From Amoebidium appalachense (Eukaryota; Protista; Ichthyosporea): DNA of 64,000 bases. Both the position numbers and the translations under genes were made by a program. A model generated the notes under the pieces. That model was not told where the DNA came from. It saw only the letters and a program-made list of their open reading frames with translations, and did no database searches. Below are positions 34,499 to 64,000 of this stretch, piece by piece. The stretch's first letter is position 1. The number at the start of each line of letters is the position of its first letter. The DNA lies in contig CAVNZM010000016.1 in NCBI GenBank assembly GCA_963693365.1, positions 6,307,029 through 6,371,028 of the forward strand, given 5' to 3'.

Positions 34499-36576
34499 TC
34501 TCTGTTTGCTTGAGGGCGCACTCATGCACAGGTGCATGTGTCGGCAGCCCCAATTTGTGGATGTGCGCCAGGCGTGTAAACGCGTGTGTTTTGTGTTTGT
34601 GTGTGTGCGTGCGCGCAACCCCCCCCCCCCCGCCCGCCCCCCTCCCTCCCTCGCATCCGTGTGAAGGTGTGTGTGACCTTTACCACACCGACAGAATATA
34701 AATGAAAAAACATAAAGTCGTCAAATCGATTAAGAGATGATAGGAAAAGCAGCTAATGCACACAGCCCCCCACAAACCCAAGCTTTCAGAAGAATAAACG
34801 CTTCCATGTTAATGGACTCATAATAACCAGAATCATAACACCAGTTCCCTCTTGTGTCCCACCACCCAACCTCCATAAAGAAAAAAGCGCTATCGTGAAT
34901 ATGAGTTCTTTGCAGCCCAGCCCAACAGCTGTTTTCCCCCCCAGCCCTTGCACCAGCTGAGCAAGTCTTTTTTTTCGGCAACAGCGTAAACGTTTCTATT
35001 GACTACAGCTGTGTCGTTTCCCTGCTCACGTTCTGTTTCACTATTCGTAACTCTTTGCTCCGTCACCCAACGAAACACCAACCCACAACCAGACCTCGCC
35101 CAACCCCGCTCCCTGAACCTTGCCAAAGTGCACACACAACAAGAACTACGACATTAACAACAAGAAAATGCCAAGCGACAGCACCAAAGCTGCAAGCTTC
35201 CCTCGCGCTCGGGAGGTAACCACAACCTCCCCTCCAAAGCTTACCCTCTCACTCTCCCCTCCTCCTCGTCCTCTCCCCCCCCCTCCCTCCCCACCCCCTC
35301 CCCCTTCCCCCCTCCGAATGTAACATCTGCATGGATATAGGGAAGGGCAAAAGGCAAAACGATAAAACTACAACTCACCTCGGCCTGTACTTTGGTCCTT
35401 CGATTTCCTGCCGGTGCTTGACATTTTCATAGTCTACAACCGCTATTGAGCAAACAGAGTTTACGCGCACCGGCACATTCAACCCGAGATCTCGAGTAGT
35501 CGACCCCACCCAGAACCCTGTGTGAAAACCCCAGCACAAACAGCTAAATGCCTTCTAACTCATCCTACGCTTATATCTGTTCTATTCCTCGTATTTTAAG
35601 ACCAAACGGCTATGGCATGTAACGTTCTAATCTGAGCAGCAAAACTCTCTAGAGCTGTTTCTCCTTAGCCTCCAAACAAACGAGAAAGCGTGTGCCGCGC
35701 TCAAAAGGTGAGTCGTGACGAAGCGGTGGGCTAAACAACAGGAACGCATTTGCCCCCCTCTGGATTTTACAAAGCGTGATTTACTACGAATCAACTGCTG
35801 GTCTTGTAGATGTTGGTAAGACACTTTGCAATGTGAACGTGAGCTTCTGAATATATCGTTTTGCTCGCATGAAAAAATAAAAGGGATGGAGAATTTCTGT
35901 AGTTATATGTCTGCATATAGCATTTCTGCCTTCGGTGACTTGAAATACGTTATTCTTCGCTGCTTTAAACCAGCAACGTAAAGATGCGAAGAGCCTTCAA
36001 ACTTTGTGGAGTCCTTTCCCAGGGGCTATCCATGATATGCTTTTTCCCCGCTCTCAATAGTGCATGATCTGTATCAAATGGTTAGCGTTTTGATAGCCCC
36101 TAGCGCGCCCGCCAATATAGTGTAGACTGCATAAACAGTCACGATTTAGAGGCTAACAAGCCAAAATAATCATTATTATGCCTTAAAGTTAATAATATAA
36201 TTAGATTTGTAGGAATATTACTGTACTAGTTTGTGTATATCTAACTCATCCGTGTCCTCAGCCACGTCCGATCCGCGGGCATGCCCAATAGGTAAACCAA
36301 TCAAGGAATCGCATGGCTGAGCACTTTGTACATAACCACCTGAGTGTTCGTAGCCAATCAGCATGCGACGCGCAGCGGCTTTTGGATTGCGCGCGCGCCG
36401 GCTGCAACGTTCTCTTTCAAAATGCTGCAAAGGGCCGGCCCACGGCCTCGCAAAAGCCGACACTGAGAATCAAGGCAAGAAAGCTAACATGTTACGCTGA
36501 TCAATACCAGAACCCTCCCTCCTCCCCCCCCCTCCCCCCCCTCCCCCTCCCCCTGGATTCCCCTCCCGGCACACAC

Positions 36577-36688
<112 letters not shown>

Positions 36689-36691
36689 GCA

Positions 36692-36734
<43 letters not shown>

Positions 36735-36807
36735 GACAAACAAGCCCTCGGATTCCCCCCCCCCCCCCTCCCTCTCTCCCTCTCTCTCCCTCCCTCCCTC
36801 CCTCCCT

Positions 36808-36856
<49 letters not shown>

Positions 36857-36933
36857 CCCCCCCTCTCTCCCCCTCCCCCGCTCCCTCTCTCCCTCTCTCT
36901 CTAGATCTCTGTCTCTCCCCCCTCCCTCCCTCC

Positions 36934-36964
<31 letters not shown>

Positions 36965-39077
36965 CGTCTCTCTCTCCCCCTCCCGCACTCCCTCCATCCA
37001 TCTCCTTCCCTCCTCCCTCCGTTCCTCCTCCACCCCTTCTTCTCTCCCTCTCCCCCCCCCCCCCCCTTCCCCCCCCACCCCCTCGCCCCCCTTCTCTTCC
37101 TCCTCCCTCCACCCCACCCCCCTCTCTCCCTGCCTTCCTCTCTCCCCCTTCCCCTTCCCCACCTCCCCTGTCCGTTTTTCTCCCCACCTCCTCCCTTCCC
37201 TCTCTTCTCTCCCCCCCCCTGGCCCCTCCCTATATTTGCTCGCTCTATCTTACCCTCTCATCTCCCCCTTCCTCTTCCTCTCTCCCTCCCTCTTCCTCTC
37301 TCCCTCCTTCTCCCTCTCCCTCTCTCTCTCTCAATGTCCCCCTTCCCCCTTTCTCTCTCTCCTGCCTGCCCGTTCGCTCTTTCTCACTCTAGCGCTTCTC
37401 CATTTATAGTGTGTGCATCGGTGTGCATGTGTGTGTGCATGTGGGCGTGTCTGCATGGTACCTTGTGGGGGGGGAGGAGGGGGTACAGCGTTACCCGTGA
37501 GATCCTCATCCTTCTCCCTCATTCTTTCCCACCTGTCTTACCAAAGGCATTACATATGTCCTCATGCGACCACCCGGTGACGTGTAAATGTGGGCGAATG
37601 CAAGCATTGAATCACACTCTTAGTGCTGGTGTATGCATATCGTATACGTGTGCACTTGCCAATTAGTTAGCACTTGGCTTTGAAAGACGTAGTCAAACAG
37701 CAACGACTCCAAACAGCACACACCTGCGCACAAGTACACACAAAAACAACGTGGGCAGAAATGCACAAACATAAACCGAGTAATTTTTACCAACACTGGG
37801 TCAAACAAACTCGCACCGCGACCCTCCTTCAGGTTAACCTGTCCTTTCACATGCATACTAGCATACTGTATCGAAGGGAGGCCCTACTTGCATTTACCGG
37901 TACCCCAGCAAAAGCTTTGTTCCTTTGTGCCCCGTCACCGATACCATGAAAGTTTCAATGCAGGGCCTCTGTAATATCCTGATTCGATCTGCCTCCCGTG
38001 AGCTCTAGCTGCCCCTTCGATCAAAACGATGCCGGAGTCACCGTTTCTTTGGGGAGGGGAGCAAAAGAGCCACCTCTACAGCTGCATTTGTGTACGAAAT
38101 ACTAGCCATTCACAGGCCCTGCTGATATACATTCCCCCCTTCATTCCGTGGCCCATTAAATATATTAGCCATGATGCTATTCGGATCCGGTGTCATGGTC
38201 ATGATTAACTCAATAATGGCGACTAGTACTGCTTCCCTGGAGTACGTGTTGTCCCCGTCTCCAGTTTTTATTGGACACATTACAGTGAGCCCTGCCAGCA
38301 GGTAACAAGTTGTGTGAAAGAGAAAGGGGAGTAAAAAATACAACCTTTTGGCCTCCTACCAGCGATCAACAAACTTCACGTTTGGAGTAAAAATAACAGC
38401 AGAAAAAACGAGCCTCACAAATATAATTCCCATCTTGAGACGCGCGTAGAAAACAGTCCATGATGCCATGATATTGCTCTATATCTCAAAATTTGACAAG
38501 CAGGCGTAAAAAAAAGCATTTCAATTTGGTATCACTATAGGTGACAAGTTAGGTTCAATAGCATATAACATCGCAATTCCTGGCTGGCCAGGGCAAAACT
38601 ATTACAAATACTGACCATCAGTGCATCATCCCTGCGGCAACAATTTCAGCAGTCAAAATATTATATTGAATATGTAGGGATACCGTCTTATACTACGAGT
38701 TATTCAGTGGTAAACTCTGACTTTACATATATTGATAGTAGTCTACACATAAAATACACCGTATTCATCATCATTCAGTAAGCCATAGGAGACACAAAAT
38801 ATAGGTTAAACAGCCAACAGTGAAATAAATTTTTACCAAACGACCGCCATCCATTGCGAATATCATGAGTAATTTCGGATACTGCACTAAGAGCCTTCGG
38901 GAAGCAATTAGGCCAGAGCAGCCTAGTAGTACATTGCTGGAAATTGATGCTCGCCTTCACAGTTTGACTTTAGTCAAGTAAAAAAAAAGGTGCCTTTTTA
39001 TAATAGTAATAAAATAAAATAAAAAATAAAATAAAAAAAGGAAGAAAGAAAAGAAGGTGTGGATCATTCGCCAGCAC

Positions 39078-40073
39078 CTATTGAGCGTCACAAATGAACA
39101 TGCACTTCTGCCACCTGACAGCATACACACACTGCCCCGCAACCGCCTTAAACATGGCGTTCGCATCCTGTTCCCCATCATGCTTACTTAAACTTCCCAG
39201 GTCTCCCTCCATGCCCTCTTGTTCCAGAAACACTTCCACCATTACTTCGTTTTCCTCCTCGTCCGACTCATCCTCCTCCCCCTCCAGCAGGCTGTCTAAG
39301 CCAAGCGCAAACGACTCGCTCAGTTCAACATCAGTTATCATCGCACTGTGTTCAAGGCTGCGACACATGGGAACGGGACTGGTATCCTGCACAAACAACG
39401 GTTAATTAGTTGCATAATCATGCTGGTTCCGCAACTTGTCTACACCTAGCAGTGATTTACTGTGACCATAAATAAAAAGCAGCAACGATGTGTAATATTA
39501 AGCAGCAAGAAAGAAGTGTGTATAGGTCAAGTGCAGCTTGCGACTGTGCAAGTGCTCATGCTTTCTTCTTGTGCAAAGGCCGCTGAGAATTTTGGTGCGT
39601 GGGGTGAGAGAGGGCGGGGGGAGGGAGAGAAACCCCCCTGGGGTGGGGGGCGGGGGGGGGGGGGGGGGGGGGAGGGGGGGAGGGGGGGGGGGGGGGGGAC
39701 CCACGTCTTTCTGCAGCTGCTCAAGGGAGGTGACCAAGTTGCTGACCAGAACATGGCGCAGTAATGACTGCTCGTGCCTGTGTCTTCTTTCTAGCACAGA
39801 CAACTTCCTCCTTGACACGGCCAATACATGCGCGCGCGTGGCTCCATCACCCGAGATACCGTTTATTTCTTTTGTCGAGCTTGTAAAGGCGTTGCCAGCA
39901 GTTGAGTTTGTAGCTAGCGCACGAGAAAGTTCAGGCGAAGAAAGCTTATCTCTGAGTGCACGTTGGCGAAAATTGAGGTCTGGGCAGGTTCTTCCTGCCA
40001 ATGCAGGGCTAGGATGAACGACTGCTGTCGACCGAGAGATGGGCCAGGGCTGGGAATAGGCGCCCATAGCCAT
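39078..40073 (-). CDS. SERTA-domain protein, 2 exons (40073-39705 and 39386-39078; 225 aa)
   Basis: RAHVLAVSRRKLSVLERRHRHEQSLLRHVLVSNLVTSL fits the SERTA pattern (R..V..S..KL......E..L...VLV.N.). Phase-0 GT-AG intron with a branch-like CTAAT/TTAAC; acidic second exon. Confidence 0.7.
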
Positions 40074-41829
40074 GTTGCAACAGATAATTTTGTTTGTTCT
40101 CTAACGTGCAAAAGATAGCTGTAACGAAACTAGAACTCTGGCAGAAGAGGCAGCGCAAATGCTGGTGCAGGAAACAAAAGCCACATATGCTGCAGCTAAT
40201 ACGTGCTACTGCGCCGAGTGGACTATACTTGGTGTGTTTTCGTATAACTACAGGTTAGCGTGAAATTTCGCCGTTTTGCCTTCGTCCAAACACAGCCTGA
40301 CAGCTTATATAACAGCCTGTCAACCAGAAGATTGGAACATAGGAAGTGTCGCCCCAACCACACCTCACGGCCGTATTCTGTCACAATATCTATAATACTA
40401 CCGCCCACCCAGGCTCGAACCACCTTACTTTTTTAAAAAAACAATGGTTCGCCTCTGTGACAAAACAAAAACGAGAAACCCTCCAGCTTTTGTTTACACG
40501 TGACGGCCCGGCGGCCGGCGCCACGTCAACACACTGAGGTCTGGTTCCCTCTAGCTTTCCATGACGTATGGTGCAAACTTTGCAAAGGCAAACTGAATAA
40601 TTTTCAGCCTCAGGTCTAAAATGCCAGAGCCGTGTCCACGACTACAAAGCCTCGGCGCAAAATGTTGTTACAAAGCGTATAATGCTTTTAAAAAAAAAGA
40701 ACAAATATATTTGCTTATAACTAGTAACAAAATTTAGCATTATGGGACTCGTTATATATATAACAATTAGAGAAAATTCGGGCAACGGATTCACGGAACA
40801 CAGATTCGATACGGTTTTTAGAAAGTTGGTGGGGGTTCATGAGCCACTCATGGGCCGCCGCCCTAGTTCCCAGGATTTCGCGCGCTGCAGCCACCTTCCA
40901 AACATGGTAGGCAATGGTGGTTTTAGATTGGATTCATGTCGCTGTTGGAATGCACAGTGGGCACACCAGCCAATCAGTAGCCAATTTGATCCTGATTTGA
41001 TAATGCCCAATTCATGGAATCATTCCGGTAGCTTTCTGTCAGTTGCTAAGGCTTTTTCCAAGCTAGAGGCGGAACATAGCGGTTAAAATAACCTATTTTA
41101 CAAATATAAGACGATTCATTATTATGATTTTTTATTTTCTATGATTTTGAATGTTTTTCTATGTATTATGTACATCATGAGTCATACCTCCCGTGGGAAG
41201 CCTTTGAAAAGCAAAAAAGCAAAACTTAAATTTTTTAGAACACGCTGATTGGCTCGAGAATGTTACCGTGGCGGTTGCGTCATCCGATGCAACGGCGGCT
41301 CAAGTCACTAGCACTCACTAACTCAAGGCCACGGCCATCTAGAGGTGTTTCTAGATGGCCGTGCTCAAGGCCTAATATAGTCTGCTTCTCTTACGTCACA
41401 CATAAATTGTCCTCAGCTGGTGTGCTCTTACCGGAACGTGTTGTTCGTTACCTATTTTTGTAGATTGGTCAGTCCGGCAGTCAAATTATACTAAGTAGTG
41501 TCAGGGAGTTCTCCATCCCATGCATAGGCCCATTTTGTTTTTGCTTTTTGCCCTGCCAAAGTCGACCTCAAAGTCTCAGGCTCAGGCTGTAGCTGACTGA
41601 GACTCTCAAGATATGTTCGACGACGTGTGTGTTGTGGACACCATGTTCTCGTGCTTCGTTTTTTTTTTAGCCTTGTAACCATGTTACGTCCAGCTTCATC
41701 GTTGCAAATTCTTCTTGTTGTTGACTATTACTTCGACATAGCTGGCGGCCATGGTCAAGGCGTACTTTTTTTTTCAGTTTCGGACAACCTCCTAGCTACC
41801 ATCATTTCTTTACCCCCCCCCCCCGCCCT

Positions 41830-41860
<31 letters not shown>

Positions 41861-43499
41861 CACACACACTCACACCCCACCCCCACCGTCTGCCCGCGTC
41901 CCCTCCCCCCCCTCCCCCTCCCCCTCCCCCCCCCCCCCCCCTCTCGCCCCGTTTAAACACACACACACACACACACACACCTCCCTGCCCCTCAAAAACA
42001 TACATGCCCCACGATCCGTGCGCTTCAAACCTCCCGCCCCCCCCCCCCCCCTCCCCATCTCCCCCCTCCCCCCTCCCCCCCCCCCCCCCCCCCTCCCACC
42101 CCCTCTAAAGGCACCCCTCGCCCTCTCTTCCGCTCCGTCCGCCTAAATACACACCCCAAACCGCCTTGAACAATCTCCCATTGCCTTGGCCCCATGCTGG
42201 CCCCCCTGGTTCCTTTTCCCCCCAGGCCATCACAGTAGGCTCCTCGTCTCCCTCCCTCCCTCTCCCCGCCTAAAGAAAAACACACACACGCACACACCCC
42301 GCCCCCTCCCCAGTCCCCCCTCCCTCCCCCTTCCCCTTCGTCCTCTCCTCCTTTTGTTTGGCAAATCTCTCCCGTGTCCTGAGTGATGCTGCCATGGCCT
42401 TGCTACACACTATACATACACCTTGTTGAACAAGTGCAACTGTTACATCAAAAAACAGCGCTACTGGGTGTAATGGTCGCCACCGTTGACGTGTCACATA
42501 CAAGCACTCCTGATAAGGCCTCCAGCACACCCTTGCGCTCTGTTCATGTGTAGTCGTGTACGTGTGCTGGCATAGCAGGTGCACGTGAAGCTGCTAAGGC
42601 CACAGGACAACAGCTAGTGATTGGATCTCCAATGCGCTATTAGTGTCGTTGTCAATATGATGTTTTATATTGTTTTGCTGAACTCTCACATATAGCGTCA
42701 TGGCCCATGGGAACAGCTAGTGTACCCATGTAGAGGTCACTAGCTAGACTCATGCCGATTGAACTGTAACTGTACGTGTATCTATGTTTTTCCCGGCTCC
42801 TATGCTTATACCCCGTTGTGATTGAGATGCTGCTGCACACTGCAGTAGCTAAGGCTTCGAATTATGTGCACGTATGTATGTCTTAGAGTTGACTCCCTCC
42901 ATGGGTCGGATGGCATTCAACTCAAAGTTCCGCGGCTGGACGGTGGATTGGAACATATCTAGTAATAATGCGGTAAAACTTTCGTCAAGCATTTTGTACC
43001 TGTGTCACGGTCGTCTTTTGTTCTATATCCCTTGGTCCGGTAAATTGGTAGGTGTGCCCGCGGCAGTTGGTCAGAAGTGTATACGTAGTGTAAGATAATC
43101 TACCATTCTCGGTCAGATACAACACTGGTACCCTTTTCTTTTTTCTCTTCTTCTTTTTTTTTTTTTGTGTGTGTGTACGTGTCACGTGACATGCATGTGT
43201 ACGTGTGTGTGCGCGTGCGTGTGTGTGTACATACGTGTCTGTGTGGGGGGGGGGGGGGGGGAGGGGGGGAGGGGGGGGGGGAGGGGGCAAGGAGACGCTT
43301 AGTGTATGAAACGTAGTTTCCTAGCGACCTGTGTGACTTCGATAACATGTACACGCCAAATGTGTGTTAATACAGAACAAAATTACCTTGTAAATTTATG
43401 TGCGTACATCTATGCTTGTCTCTAATCATGAGGGTGTGCCTGTGTGTGCCTGTGACACTGTGTGTGTGTGCAGTGTGTTGGACGGGAAAAGGGGTGGGT

Positions 43500-43534
<35 letters not shown>

Positions 43535-44698
43535 GGTCGCAGAACCCACACGCTGGGGCCCAACACGGGAAGGGATTGAAAGGGGGGGGAAGAGGAGGAG
43601 GAGGAGGAGGAGGGGGGGGGGGGGGGGGGGTGGCACCCGAGTCTACATTGAAGTCTCGAAAGTCGAGTGGTCTACATAAGACGGTTATGTTGAAGTGAAA
43701 CATCATGTTTCAAGAGCCGTGTTTATATGGGGATCCAGAGCCAACAACCTTCAGTAGCATATTAGGTACACGTACACATTTCTTCAACAATAGTTTTCCT
43801 CGGCAAACAAAACTAAATTTGGGGTATATCATAGCTAAAACAGAATAAGATAGATACCTGCCACGGCATCGATTGAGTAATAACGGTCAGTGAACACGAG
43901 TCACAATGTTTTGATGTGCATTCTAGATCTAAGGTAAAGTATCATACTCCGGAGGTATCGTTAAACAGAAAAGTACATTCCCTGTGTGTGACGGTATTAA
44001 ATATGAACTATATGTAGTCACACATGATATATCCACAACATGAACTGCATTGTCGATTCAAACCTCAACGGGAAACGGTTAACCCCCCCCCCCCCCCCCC
44101 CCCCCCTTTCCCCCCTCCTCCTCCCCCCCCCCCCCCCCCCCCCCCCCCACCCCCTCCCTCCCCCCCTTTATAATGTTGGTGTGCTCGTATTTTCCCTTGC
44201 CTATTAACTAAAAGGGGAACCATCGCATGTGGTCTTTTTTTGCTAATACAAAGGAGATAGAAGATTTGGTACACATAATTTGCATGCTTTCTATGCCTAT
44301 TGTACATGAACTCTTTTGTTGGTTAGATTGTAATGCTATTATCCAACTGAACCCCCAACACCTCACAGATCTGCCTGCTATTGTACATATCTTCCGGTTG
44401 ATACAGAGTTGGAGGAAAATGGGAAAACCGTAACAAAGAAAAACCAAAACGAAACCAAAAATGCAGGTTTAACATACAAAAACGCCTCTGTAACCTGGTA
44501 ATGGTGGTGATGGTGATGATGTAGGTGGTGGCTGTGTGTAGGTGTGTAGGTGTGTATGAATGTAGGCGTCTGCATGTGTGTGGGTTGGTGTTGGTGGTGT
44601 GGTGGTGAAGGGGGGCGGGGGGGGGGGGGGGGGGGGGGAGAGGGAGAGGGGAGGGGAGGGGGAGGGGAGGGGGGGGGGGGGAGGGGGGTAGCCATTCC

Positions 44699-62328
<17,630 letters not shown>

Positions 62329-63463
62329 CTGCGGAGTCAAAGTGAGGCACATGTCAAGTATTGCAATGATAGATGGTGAACAAAACGAAGCATTCTTAAC
62401 TTTTAGACTCTTGGTAAGTCCCCCATTCTAAATGCTACACAGATTCTCGACAATTTTATCATTATGTTCATCCAGTATTGTCACCTACTTCTAAGGTGGC
62501 CATCAGCAACCGAGGAAACTTACTCCCCCCACCACTACCTCCCCCTGCCCCCCCCCTCCTCCCCCCCCCCCCTCCCTCCCGCTCCCCTTCCTCCCCCTGT
62601 CCCTCCCTGTCCCCCCTTCCCCCTCTAAACCTCCCTCCCCCCACCCCCTCCCAAATCCTGAAAACGGCACATCAAATTCGGAGCCCTGAAAAACGAGACA
62701 ACAACTCTCGTGAAGGGCTAGCCAGAATACTTGCCTTTCCGCACAGCCTTTTCGGGTTTGTTTCCCGGCATATGCTGCAGTGGATGCCCGACGTTTGAAA
62801 GCACGGTGCCTTCAACTCGACCATTTTATAGTAGGACCGCTCGTGACGGTCACCAGTAAAGAAGTTTAAGCTGTCAGTTTTTATAGGGGGGACTTTTTTC
62901 CTGTCTCAATAGACGCGACCTCGTGAATTTGTGTGGCTAACCGACTCCAAGAATTCTAACCAGCTTTGCTATATTTTTCAGTTGAGCTTCAATAAAACAA
63001 TCCGCACGTTCTTTTTCCTGCTCTCTATCTACTGTATTACCCTACTGTTGCTTATACTTTTTTCCTCAAGAATCAGCGGGTTCGTTCCAAAAGCCTTCTC
63101 CGAAGGCCTTGGTCACTGGTTGACTGGTTGGACTGAGCCATCATGCACCGATGAGCGGTTGTGTAACCAAGGGTTCGCGCCAAAATCAAAAATATGCGAT
63201 GTGATTGGCTAGCTCAGATGATTACGTCATAGTGACGTGACCCTTCTGAGACTTGTTTTTATGTTCCTCTAGCGCTGGCAACATTATCATTGTAAAGCAA
63301 CACTGGTCTACAAAGTTTTGAAAGCCTGGCGTGAGCGAACTGGCCAAGTGAGCAAGAATGCTTATGCTTAGTGCCCTTCGACAAGTTGGTTGGCGAGTTC
63401 GCTTACCCATGGTAATGGCAACGAGGTTTCTTTTCAACTTCAGAAGCCAGAAGGTCGATTTAG

Positions 63464-63938
63464 GCTGAAGACGAGCTGGCGAAGGCTCAAGCCGAGCTGG
63501 CAGTACTACGACAGGCGGTCGCCTACGAGCGGAAGGCGGTTGCTCTTGCTGAGGGGGCGGTCGCCTACTGCGGAAGGCATTGCTCGTGCTGAGGAGGCGG
63601 TCGCCTTCGAGCGGCAGAGAGTAGAGAAATTGACCCACGTTGTAGATAAGGCGGTTTCTTGGCAACGAGCGGAGTGTTGTAGAAAAATTGACCCAATACG
63701 TCGAGATCGCCCGGACTGCCGAAAAACATGTAAACTTGCTAAGGCCAAGGTACGAAATTCTGGCCGTTCGCTTCGGCCTTGAAACTATTGGAAATATCGT
63801 GAGGAAAACACTTCAGAAGCCAGACATGAGCCTGAATTCATGAAGGCTGCGGTGGAGGCTGTTGGGTCGGACGCGAGGTTTGTTGGTGCCCTCAAGGAGT
63901 TGGAGAAACAGCCAGGGGGTCCAGCAAAGTCAGAGTGA
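63464..63938 (+). pseudogene. Frameshifted coiled-coil protein remnant with ~42-nt internal repeats
   Basis: AEDELAKAQAELAVLRQAVAYERKAVALAEGAVAY/IARAEEAVAFERQRVEKLT reads across several frame breaks; GCGGTCGCCT recurs three times about 40 nt apart. Confidence 0.45.
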
Positions 63939-64000
63939 TCATGTCTGGTTGGAAACATGTTCTGACGTTTGCTGATAAACCTCATCACCAAGTACTTTAC

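Noticed and set aside
36020-36102. hAT-like inverted pair CAGGGGCTATC / GATAGCCCCTA
   Set aside because: No 8-bp TSD and only 83 bp long; insufficient support.
37870-38435. Possible decayed spliced gene on the minus strand
   Set aside because: Multiple stops and no recognisable domain.
41490-44430. Scattered exon-like segments between the SERTA and SLF1-like genes
   Set aside because: Could not be joined into a phase-consistent, recognisable protein by eye.

Overview
Eukaryotic genomic window with small exons and introns packed with (CA)n, (GA)n and poly(C)/poly(G) tracts. The gene set (MLX/Mondo bHLH-ZIP, SERTA-domain, SLF1-like BRCT+ankyrin, POMGNT1-like GT13) points to a holozoan, possibly unicellular; this is inference only. 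Most ORF-track entries are microsatellite artefacts. Supported content: (1) a complete, young Ty3/Gypsy chromovirus (2158-11961; 640-bp LTRs, ATTG TSD) split into gag, pro and pol by an in-frame UAG and a +1 frame change; (2) hAT, Tc1/mariner-like and piggyBac-like MITEs; (3) a 5'-truncated Penelope-like (Naiad/Chlamys-type) RT ORF set in poly(C); (4) four spliced minus-strand host genes, one of them apparently missing its 3' half; and (5) the most unusual signal, a family of short non-coding retro-inserts in poly(G/C) tracts. These carry a ~155-160-nt RNA fold that covaries between diverged copies, has pseudoknot-type pairings, and contains hammerhead-core-like motifs in a non-canonical order. 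All homology calls come from motif recognition by eye, not database searches.
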